Source: Fimbriosthenelais zetlandica (taxonomy: Eukaryota). Taken from it: DNA of 64,000 bases. The DNA is taken from NCBI GenBank assembly GCA_977030845.1, contig OZ365114.1, forward strand, positions 17,360,001-17,424,000. Reading direction: 5' to 3'. Below the pieces are notes generated by a model. The model worked only from the letters and a program-made list of their open reading frames with translations. It was not told the origin of the DNA and searched no databases. A program made the translations under genes and the position numbers. This document shows positions 35,801-45,375 of the stretch, piece by piece (position 1 is the first letter of the stretch; each line of letters opens with the position of its first letter).

Positions 35801-38800
35801 TCATCTTCACGGCTGAAAATTATATTTATGAAGCGTTTTATGTACTTCCTCTCCAGTAAGTGAGTTACTCAAGTAGGACTGTAAGGAGTATAGCTTCAGA
35901 GCAAGAAACATATTGTTATAACCATGCAATTATTTCGAGGATTTTCAAGAAAGATACTGTAAGAAAGATAAGGTCAATAAGGCGCTGAATAGTAAGGTAG
36001 TAAGGTCAACTATAAGGAAAGTAAGACAGTAATGTCAACAAGGGACTGAATAAATGATTTATAAGTTCAAATTCCTCGAGCAAGACCTGATCTTCTGGAT
36101 TGATGGTGCCTCCAAGAAAGAGCTCTATAGGTCATGAGTATGAAAACTGAATATCCATGAGGAGTACGCTATATTGTCAGGAATGAAAAACCTTAATGAA
36201 TTATAATGGACTGTGGACTCTGGATATTTCATTTCATGACTATTGCTTTCTGATTGATTTCTTCAATGTAATCATCGCTAATGATTTTTTCTGTTTTTCA
36301 TCAGCCATGTGCATATAATCCAGTGTGCTCCTTGGATCCTCGCGAGAGTGAGGAGGATTTGAATCACTTTAAGGACCAGTATGGCCGGACAGGCAAGAAG
36401 TTCTCGTGCCTTTATAATCCTTACAAGCCATCACAGGTGAGTAAATCCTTTTGTTCCCAAACACACATTTCAAACAGAGATCACATCACGTTACAAGTGA
36501 CACCGTCACATTTAACAAGCGATCAACTTACAAGACAACCTCACTGTGTCAGTATCCGAATTGGATAACTGCTTATTCAACCTTTCATTTCCATGCATTT
36601 CATTTCCCTCATTTTTGCCAGTTAAATACAATGAGATTTTTTAATTAGTCTCTTACAAAAGAGAGGAAGTTCAACAAGCCCAATAAAAACAGGAAGGAAT
36701 GGAACAGTTGAAAGCTGCATCACAAATAACTGTGAGAAGGCATTCAACGGAAAGAATGGAGATTGTTTCCAAATGGAAAAAGCATCCATTTGCCTGACAC
36801 AATTCGACGATCTTGAATTTTGATTTCAACGGGTATTGATGCTTTGAATCCTTAAACAGTCTTGCATCATCCAGAACAATGTTCTTCCATTAAAATCTAT
36901 TAACAAAACTGTTGATATCGACAACTTATATCTAAAGCGCACATCTAATGCAAACAAATTAACAATGTTATATTAATGCTTGAAAAAACTTACCTTATTT
37001 TCCAGGTTGTTGTGCGCAAGATGAAGGATAACAGTTCTATCATACATGCCGTTCTCTGGCCATTTCTGGGCTTCCTCATCTGTGCCGTCGCAACCGTCGT
37101 CACATTCTTCATATGCGGCTGTAAGTATATGAACAGTTTCTAAATTAACTAGGCCTGTTTTATGAATTTAGTCCACTGTGATACATTGCATTTTGCATCA
37201 GCAGAATCTTAACTCATAACACCAAGAGATTTCGTCCTTATTTCTGCAGGTTTTTGCTATGTAAACACTGAGTAAATAGACTTCTTTTGGAAATTTTCTA
37301 CTAATCAAATTTTGTTATCTTTTTAAAAATATTCGACGAGGTAAAAGCACATCAAGGAGGATTAACGATAGCTAGCCTACCATTGAGGAAATCAGAAGGA
37401 CATGTGTTATTCCTCTTCTAAAGATTTTATGTTACATTAGTGGGACATTTTGGGGCATTAATGGGGCATTTTGGGGAGGTAACAAATCTATAGCTTAGTG
37501 TTAATGACAGAGCATATTTAGACGAGTTATTGCACTTGCATTTTGGACAAATTTGTAAGAACTTTCAACTATTATCACTTTTTACATCTTCCTTTTCCAT
37601 TTTCTATTCATTTTCATTCGCAACATTTTACAATTTTCAGATCATTCATTTTATTCTTCTACGCATTTTTAAACCACTCGTTCGTTGTAGGAGCTACGCT
37701 GCAAATTGATTAAATAAATTGCAAATTGATTATATTGACTACTTTCACGATGTATCAGATCAGATCATACTAAAGGTCAAAGACACAAAATCTGATGAGG
37801 AAAATCCACGACTACCTCAGTATTATGACTATTATCAAAACACATCCAACGAGTTGATATTAGAGATTGGAAAATTAGAAGCTCTGGAAGAATTAAAGCA
37901 GTTCATCAGGACCAAAACTTTTCTGGAAACTTTAAGACTTTACTTGAGGAATGAGGAATAGTCTAAAATCAAAATTCAGTGTCTATTCCCATTATATTTT
38001 CAAAATCTTTCATGCATGCCACTATCCATGATAGTTTCTCCTGGTTTAAAGGCAAATTCGTCTGCATTGGTTCGCCACCGAGCGAGATTCGGGACGAGGC
38101 CCGACGACGTGACCATGGCCATCTATGGAACGATCGGCGAATGTCAGACGAACAGCAATATCTTCCTGTACAACACCTAGAGGAGGAAGGTAAACATGAC
38201 AACCACGGTGAAGGACCAGGAGAAGGTGAGAGAGTAACCAACTGATCATATAGACAATGCCCCCATTATCGTCCATATCTCAAAATACATCTATTATCGC
38301 TCAGAGTGATTGTGTGCGCTCCCTGTGGTTGATTGAGTCGTCCTCCATTCAAGCATTGCCAGTCTGGTATCTATGTTATATGATACCTGGGCAAAGCCTT
38401 AATTATACCTGTTCAAATGTTCATTAAATATGGAAAACTATCTATATCCATGGCCTATTTCGTGAACAAAAGTTCTCTTATGTCCTCTGTTTTATGGAAT
38501 ATTGCTTGTGTGATTCTTTTATGTTCAAGTCTGCGTTCTGATGGCAAATTTCTATATGAGTCCTGTGCCTAGCCATCGATGTGCCTTTCAATTTTGAGCC
38601 ATGTGTTTCCATGCAATTCCTCATAACTGAAACAAATTGTTTCAAATACTCCTAACAATTATAATTCATGAAGAGGAAGACGGATATATGTCTATACATT
38701 CTATATCTTTCCATATCAAGCACAATATTAGGTCACAAATTAAAAACTCGAGCTATAATAATTGGATGGCTGTTCCTTGTTACAAACGAGAGAGAGAGAA

Positions 38801-40289
38801 TGATAATAATAAATCTAGAGAATAATCGGCCAAATAATAATAATCAGAAGCATGCCTATTGAGCATTTGGTTACTCTCAAGCCTTCTCTTATACCTCGGT
38901 CACCAGTCTCATAGCAAGCACCTGCTATGGTAGACATTTTTACCTCTCAGTAAAATCTTTCCTTTTTAATTTCTTTTTTCATTGATTTGATTTCAGCATA
39001 CAACCCAGGCAAGACGTGTTCATATCACGAAGCCATGCAATACGGTGCTATGCGGTCTATTGACAAAGGTAATAAGAACAACTCGAGCGAACACAGTCGA
39101 ATGTGGCTCCCGATGGCCTGCCAGGAAAATGAGGCTTTAGCTTTTCAAGTTTAATAAGAAGAGGGTAAAGTTGCAATTTTGATGTATAATATTGAAAGGC
39201 AGAGATTGTGTGATCTCTGCTACTACTGCTACTACTTGTGGAGCCCCTAGAATTGTTACATAGTGCCATCTCAACATACATACAGTCCCACCTGTCAACA
39301 GACAAGTGACAGATATTATTTGAGAATAGAAACTAGAAGTTACGCCTAGATTGCCAAATATGTGTACAAGGTTGGTTGTTACATTGGAACGCTGAATGGA
39401 GTTCTCTAGCAGATCTTTATTAGTGGCACCTGTTGCCTGCCGTGTTCTCTGATTTGGTGATTAGGAACATGTGCCTCGGTCGACTGGCTTGGGAAGCTAA
39501 ATACTGGTTTTCCTGGCCTTCTCACAAGATGCCTTGCAGCCAGTGACTACACCACACAAGCAAAAACCCTCCCACCCTTCTACTACAAATCGAACCTTTG
39601 CTCTCATGAATATTGCAAAATTTAATAAGGAGCTAAATTCGGCTTGTCCAGGATTGGTTTCAATCGCACAAGTCTCTGTGTGTGCCCTTTCTCAGTGGGC
39701 TGTCACGCAAATTCCTTACACCAGAGGTCCTAAGTTATTTTTGTTCGAACCCATCATTGATGATGACATATATTGACATACCTAAACCCACAACCACAAT
39801 TTTATAGTTTTAATTTTGATTTTCCCTCTCTCCGTTTTGTTGGACTAGTTGCCCTGCATGCTATCATATTTTTGGTAATGGTTTCTTGTTATGATTTCAA
39901 CTTTGCATGGACTCTTGCTTCTTTGTTGCTAAGCCATGGGTATCTATTATAGGTCTTTACAAGGAAAACCCATTTTTCTATTGGAGGCAGAGGCAAAGCA
40001 TGATTTCATTAGATATTGATCTTACATAGCAAGGTATAGTCGTTCCTCTTTGCAGACGAGTAAGCAAGATTGTAATAAAGGATAGGCCTATATATACTGC
40101 TTCGTGATTTATTTCTTAAAACTTGGGGGGTTGTCACACATGTACACCTGAGGATAAGATTAATGTTCGCTTTTTTCTTCTCTTCCTGTAGATGTTATAA
40201 ATGAAGCGATGATGGACAATGTCTCTGACGTCGTTGACGGAGGAGACATTCCGGACGGTGCCTCGGACGGGAAGTGCAGTGAGGTGTAG
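17757..40289 (+). CDS. KCNMB: BK channel beta-subunit-like (KCNMB/CaKB family) gene 1, spliced CDS join(17757-17879,27379-27527,35181-35328,36305-36436,37006-37120,38052-38189 or 38225,40192-40289); 300 or 312 aa
   Basis: Manual splicing gives 903 nt of uninterrupted frame with GT-AG introns and phases 0,2,0,0,1,1 all compatible. Protein: MAPFKPRWTKTESKVVQEWIEQDSYSRPLGRFVRCPKCCYSRGCPLASYIYFGLFGCAAFCILCMLCVMIVHPYVHSLKFKTATCVALSKTNVGEKTCSCGSNCRSTYSCLHLKVRMTMPDGQMVDTDIYQTTSNMMEAHPCAYNPVCSLDPRESEEDLNHFKDQYGRTGKKFSCLYNPYKPSQVVVRKMKDNSSIIHAVLWPFLGFLICAVATVVTFFICGCKFVCIGSPPSEIRDEARRRDHGHLWNDRRMSDEQQYLPVQHLEEEDVINEAMMDNVSDVVDGGDIPDGASDGKCSEV*. It has two TM segments and family-type motifs: CSCGxxC...YxCL, CxYxPxC, FSCxYxP and HxxxWP at TM2. 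The symbol is family-level only; no specific ortholog is assigned. Confidence 0.9.
21950..22450 (-). mobile_element. Degenerate non-LTR (CR1/L2-like) reverse transcriptase remnant
   Basis: Minus-strand translation KLAIPAAIQVWLYQQEKFMTQRQQFVPGKSSGMLPILL*SWDIDEVIKGLKSDVEDILICLDD resembles LINE RT (KL..GI.G.LL.WI.SFL..R.Q.V..G..S...INDL...S.V.LFADD). It is preceded by LIWSKAH (~LDFSKAF) and followed by SFLGNIL (~YLGVIL). Stops and frameshifts present. Confidence 0.45.
23040..23270 (-). mobile_element. Degenerate Ty3/Gypsy-type integrase core remnant
   Basis: Across a frameshift: PWLEAKNILQSTAAMTIHIV (~KW.EAIPLKSTTA..TI), SIDHG (~VSDNG) and GHHLYIYLLPFIPQGNNS (~GIKH..S.PYHPQ.NG), in the expected order. 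Confidence 0.4.
27379..27527 (+). CDS. Gene 1 coding exon 2 (TM1 and start of extracellular loop)
   Basis: Acceptor tactttttcttccag, donor AC|GTAAGT at 27528; reads RGCPLASYIYFGLFGCAAFCILCMLCVMIVHPYVHSLKFKTATCVALSK; phase 0 in, phase 2 out. Confidence 0.9.
35181..35328 (+). CDS. Gene 1 coding exon 3 (extracellular CSCGSNC...YSCL segment)
   Basis: Acceptor ttttttcctaaatctttcag, donor CAT|GTAAGA at 35329; reads (T)NVGEKTCSCGSNCRSTYSCLHLKVRMTMPDGQMVDTDIYQTTSNMMEAH, resembling the KCNMB CxxxCGxDC...YPCLQVYV region. Confidence 0.92.
36305..36436 (+). CDS. Gene 1 coding exon 4 (extracellular CAYNPVC...FSCLYNP segment)
   Basis: Acceptor ttttttctgtttttcatcag, donor CAG|GTGAGT at 36437; reads PCAYNPVCSLDPRESEEDLNHFKDQYGRTGKKFSCLYNPYKPSQ, like KCNMB CSYIPxC...FSCY. 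Confidence 0.92.
37006..37120 (+). CDS. Gene 1 coding exon 5 (TM2)
   Basis: Acceptor cttaccttattttccag, donor T|GTAAGT at 37121; reads VVVRKMKDNSSIIHAVLWPFLGFLICAVATVVTFFICG; HAVLWP matches KCNMB HSLFWP; N-S-S sequon just before TM2. Confidence 0.92.
38052..38225 (+). CDS. Gene 1 coding exon 6 (cytoplasmic tail; alternative donors at 38190 and 38226)
   Basis: Acceptor tttctcctggtttaaag (weaker, AAG) in the required phase 1; GC-rich coding-like patch inside an AT-rich intron; reads (C)KFVCIGSPPSEIRDEARRRDHGHLWNDRRMSDEQQYLPVQHLEEE[GKHDNHGEGPGE]; both donors (AAG|GTAAAC, AAG|GTGAGA) are phase 1. Confidence 0.72.
40192..40289 (+). CDS. Gene 1 terminal coding exon 7
   Basis: Strong acceptor ttttttcttctcttcctgtag; phase-1 join gives (D)VINEAMMDNVSDVVDGGDIPDGASDGKCSEV then TAG at 40287-89. 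Confidence 0.78.
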
Positions 40290-41396
40290 TGGATAAACAC
40301 AGAATTAAACCAGTTCAGGCCATCCATCCCACTTTAAACGTGAAAAGTGAAAAGCCCTTTGATAGGCCAAGAAAGGCGCCATTGTTGGTGAGAAAGAGAT
40401 ACTTATACACATCTAAGGTTCCTCCGAGAACCAATAACCAAGTGTTCTTAATGTGATAATGTGACAAAGAATCTGAAGACCGAGTGACCTTCTTTTTACC
40501 TTGGACACGTGATTTACGAGTGGAGCATGAAATACTCCACGCGAATAACGTGCCAGATACTCCATCCACAAGGGGAAGGAGCTTCCACTCCAAAGTCACG
40601 TGATATCGCCACGGAAATTGTATTGGTTACGCGATGTGAAGACGCCCTGACTCACGACAAAAGATTGTATAAAATGTCATTGGGTTGTGCCCGCAAAGAG
40701 ATCAAAGAAGTCTCCCTTCTGGTCTGTCGCCAAACATTCACACACATTGTTGCAGAAACACAACGGTACTGGTACATATGTTGTGTTTCAAAATGTTACA
40801 GGATTGGCAGGATTAAGAAAGAGAAAACAACATCCGAGATTGATTATGAAAAATGACAACAACGAAAAGGTCACAACATCATCGGTGAAAACAATGGCAC
40901 ACTTATGACATCATATTCTGAGTAATGAGGTATCTATACACAGAAGAAAGCAATTTTAAAAGACGTTTTTGGCTGATAGCATTTTCACCCTTCACCCTGA
41001 ATCGATGTGGTAACAATAACAAAGGTTGGTCATGGAAATAGACGGCCAGTCACTCTACAAAGGGAGATGACAAGAAGTTCAAAACTTGGGTTTCCCCTGC
41101 TGTATATATGCATTCTTTAATGCATGCTGCAGTCAACAGTTTTTGAAGACCTGGGACGAACTCCTTTGAGTGAAAAGATCCCCATCTACGGCAATATAAT
41201 GTGTCAACTCAACTACAATATGAAATTCCTTCCGCAAATCATAGGACCAATAAGTTACCCCTAGCCCCAACCACTCCGAAAACCTCAAAGAAAACAAATG
41301 AAACGAAAGGGATTTCTTTCATAATGTTGATCTTATCCTAATATTGAATTTAGACTAACATCGCTTTTTCTGTGGATAGCAACATGTGACAGTATA

Positions 41397-41402
41397 AATA
41401 AA
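41397..41402 (+). terminator. Candidate polyadenylation signal of gene 1
   Basis: First AATAAA I noticed after the stop (about 1.1 kb downstream), with a U/GU-rich stretch (cttttgttg) just after; further AATAAA near 41985 and 43704 are alternatives. Confidence 0.3.
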
Positions 41403-44400
41403 GATACCCATATCTTTTGTTGAAATGTGGCATAAGTGGCCATAATTACTATATACCCGTGATCCCAGTTATTCACTGTGCCGACCAAACCTGGATTCTA
41501 CTGAACTATTGCATTTAAGCTGCATAGTTGATGAATTAGGAAATTCATGTCGTTATATTGAAAAATATTTTATGAAGACTCCCTTTCATAACAAGATCAT
41601 GAAGAGGAGATTTCTTTTACAAATGCTCAACAGGAAGGCTGAATGATTATTGGTAGATTATATAGGTTCGTTGTCACTATTTTGACAACTTTGAGACTTC
41701 ATTTCGCTTCCTTTTCGAACATTACGTCAGAAGCGCCCAAAATATGGTTGTTACATTCACATGCCATGAGTACTATTCTTTTGGGAGGAGTCCATATAAA
41801 AGGATCGATGAAAAGAAGATTCAATTACATCTCTAATAACTGAACCATCACAACTGAACTTGTTTGCTGTAGCTGCTAACAAGACTAGAGTAAATTTTTG
41901 CATTCTCTGCTGAAATATTCTTCAAACTCTTAAATGTTAAATATTGAATGGTAACATTTGTTACTTAGTTGAGATAAAGCTGGCAATAAATCAACACTCT
42001 TCTCAACTTGACGATGACATTATCTGCATCATTCATATATACTATTTTGAGTTTCCCCGGCAGGCAAGCAGTACACTCTTGTTATCATGAGAATTTATTG
42101 TTTTAAACTAGGATTTAATACCAGTCTTATGCCTGGAGTGACTTTTAGGTATTTTAACACTGACTAGATGATAGTTGGATTACTTCATTGAGTGACCACT
42201 TGGAGCAGTGTTCAGCTACATTTTTATCCCACCTCCTTGCATTGTGTCGTCATTGTTCAGTGGTGTTTTAACGTAAAGTGTGTTTGATATGATGGTTACA
42301 TTACCTAATCATCAAGGGACCAATCTTTTCCTGGTCAACCGATTAAAGCTTTTTTCTAAGTTCTAAAAGACAGCGAAGTCCAATATTCACATACCGTGAA
42401 TATTGCCATGAAATATAAATTTTCATTCAGGCTATTCCACATTTAAATAGCATCAATTGAAGCTTTTTCATGAAAGATGACTTCGTACACCATTTGCTAT
42501 CATAATTCTATATCTTGGGTTCATAAAACATTAAACAAATTAACAGAAAGTAGGACCTCGCAGGAATCCCAAATATTTTTTGGTAACGTTTGGAAAAGAA
42601 CAGGAATTCAAGTTATGCAAAATACCTTATTTGAAACTGTCAACCCGCTATAGGTAAAACAGAGCTAATCGGAGGATAGAAGAGAACAAACAATTATGAG
42701 CAGTCATGTACATATTCTTTGATACAAAGAGTGAACTGCTTAGGATTATTTAGATCCAAAAGAATTGCTTTATATGTATATTATGATTATTAGTGGGAAC
42801 GGTGGTTGAGTTAGACAGGATCAAGTGAAACATTCTTAATTAATGTACTTGTAGAAGATCGTGAAAATGTTCAAGTTGACAAATATAATTATAGGGATAT
42901 CAAACCTGTTTGATACTCAGAACCTCCGTCAAAGGGGTTTTTCGGTAGGAAAAATGTGAATACAATGGTAATCTCAAGATTAACATGTAATTGGAACTTG
43001 ACATGTTATCTGGTAATCCTAGGTCCGATGAGAAAAGATCTTTCCTGAATTTTTTTTTGTCTTTGTTTTCATAACATTATATATATGGTATATTATGGCT
43101 TTCCTTGTCACCCTGTTTGAAAATGAAGAAAAAAAATCAACCCCCATCATATATTACACATGATAAATTTTATGCTTGATGAAATGAGTAGATTTAATAG
43201 GAGGAATGACTCGTGTTGTTCATTGTGGCAGGAAAGTTCTAGTTTTGATTACACAAAACGTGTCTGCTTCAAACACATGCAAATCAGAATGTAAGGACAT
43301 TCGAAAGATGTATGCTAGAATGTTGTAGGTTACTTTCCCTTGTAAATGCCTTTGTCATATCACGTTAAGCAGCAATCCTTTTTCAAAAGTGAGATTGTAT
43401 ATTTCAGAAAGATTTGAGAAGCTTGTGTGATCCCACTCCTTGAATATTGAGTTGACCGAAGCGGATATATAACCCCACTGTCCTTCAATCCCCAGCACTT
43501 ACTAGGCAGCGAAAATGTTAATGGTTTCCTGTGTTCACTTGTGTCATAATGATTGATGTAATGTAACCTCACATTCCACAGTTATGACATTCAATTTCTA
43601 ATACAGGCAAAGGTAATGAGTAAATATCCACTAGAAAAATAGTATCAGTTTTGAGACACACAGAGTGAACCTGCATGATATGTCGTATCTATAAAGAGTC
43701 TGAATAAAAAGATTTAATAACTATATTTCATGAGATTTCTCTCATCAAGTTGAATGTACACAATGACTAGAGTTTGAATCTCATGTGGTATCTCTGTAAA
43801 CATAGGAACTTCTGGAAAGCTGGCTGTTCCCACTGCTTAGCTACTTACTTGTAGTTATATTTTATTAGTCTAACATTTTTGCAATGCAGACAGTTCGCAG
43901 ACCTAACAATTTTGAGTCGGGTGGATGGTTACCAGAATGTACAGTAGGGACTACCCTTCTCAAAATTAATAATGTGAGGCATGAACTTTTTTCAGAAGTA
44001 GAAGAATCTTGAACACATTACACTTCAAATCTAACAATACACATATCTCTTCTGGTAATTCACAATCTTTTCTTTGGGAATTAAGAAAACGTGCAGAAAG
44101 GATTTACTGCTCTGATTTGACATCATTTCTCCTGTATCTCGAAATTATTCAATTTCTTGAATGCGAGAATGTTTGTTCAAGTGTTGAAAGCTGGTGAATT
44201 TATATGTAGTGTGTAGCTGATACTCATAGGTCATACTCTTCTCTCTCTGTGGATATTGCCCTTTTCTGTTAATACTGTATATTATGGGCCTACTCCTTCA
44301 AGGGTCAGTGTTATTCTGTGCTCAATATCACTCCTATGTTATCCCGGAGGGGAACATGGAAGGCTTCCATTTCAGAGAGGGGAGAACTGTCAAAACATTC

Positions 44401-45310
44401 GTGTAAATACAGTCTTCATTCCTTGTATGAAATTTTTCATTAACGTCAGACTTGAGTTATTTGTATGAAGTCATAATCTTTGGCATCATAATAATATGAT
44501 GTCATAATCTTTGACAGTCATCCTATCTATTCTCCTAGACAAATGTACTTGTCTATTCAACTACAGCCATTCTGCAGAAGAAACTGGTTTCTTCTGGGTT
44601 TCTCCTTTGTCATATTTTCTTATGAATAAGGATAAGAATAAACATTTGGTTTACATACGATTTCCACTATGCACTCGGTTTTTCATTGAATGACCATGAT
44701 AATTCTGCATAGTAAATCTCACAAAGCAACATAATATAAGATGAACAATAGAATAATATCGAGATGAACTTTTTTTGAAAAACTACATTCAAGCATTTGA
44801 TTTGCTGATGATGGTAAATGGAAAATGTTTTCTTAGAGATTAATAACGCAAGATCGTGAAACTAATCAGGTTATACTTGAAGATAATGCTATGAAACTGT
44901 ACAATTTGATTTCATCAAAACAAAACGACAATAAAGTTCATCAAAATAAATTTCCCAGTCTTGTGGTGTTTCCCAAAAGCAATTCAATTTCAATGTTTGT
45001 ATAAAACTTCACTCTCTCATAAGTGAAAGTCCTGACAACATTTTTCTCTTCATACTCAGACAGAAAGGTGTGTAGAGACTCATTGTGCATTGGTTCAATC
45101 AAATCAGATTCTGAATTTCTTTATATAATGTAGTTGGAATCATACACAAGACTCCATTCTGGGGTAGGTTCCATTTGCAGTTTCCTGAGCGATGTTTAAG
45201 AAGGACATGCAGGGACAGTGTCTACCCCTGGTGGAAACTATAGGGTGCAAAGATGTCCCACCAAACTGTCTCCAGCGGAAGAAACGAAAAGCACAATCAT
45301 CTAAGCATTA

Positions 45311-45375
45311 AGCCTAGGGTCAACCCTAACCCTAGGCAAAACGCTAACCCTAGGGTTAGAGTTAACGCTAACCCC
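45311..45375. repeat. Telomere-like (CCCTAA/TTAGGG) degenerate palindromic repeat
   Basis: AGCCTAGGGTCAACCCTAACCCTAGGCAAAACGCTAACCCTAGGGTTAGAGTTAACGCTAACCCC; perfect 16-bp palindrome CTAACCCTAGGGTTAG at 45344-45359. Confidence 0.8.

Noticed and set aside
35960-36030. Repeated TAAGG(TCA) units in intron 3 resembling nuclear-receptor half sites
   Set aside because: Looks like a decayed low-complexity repeat with irregular spacing.
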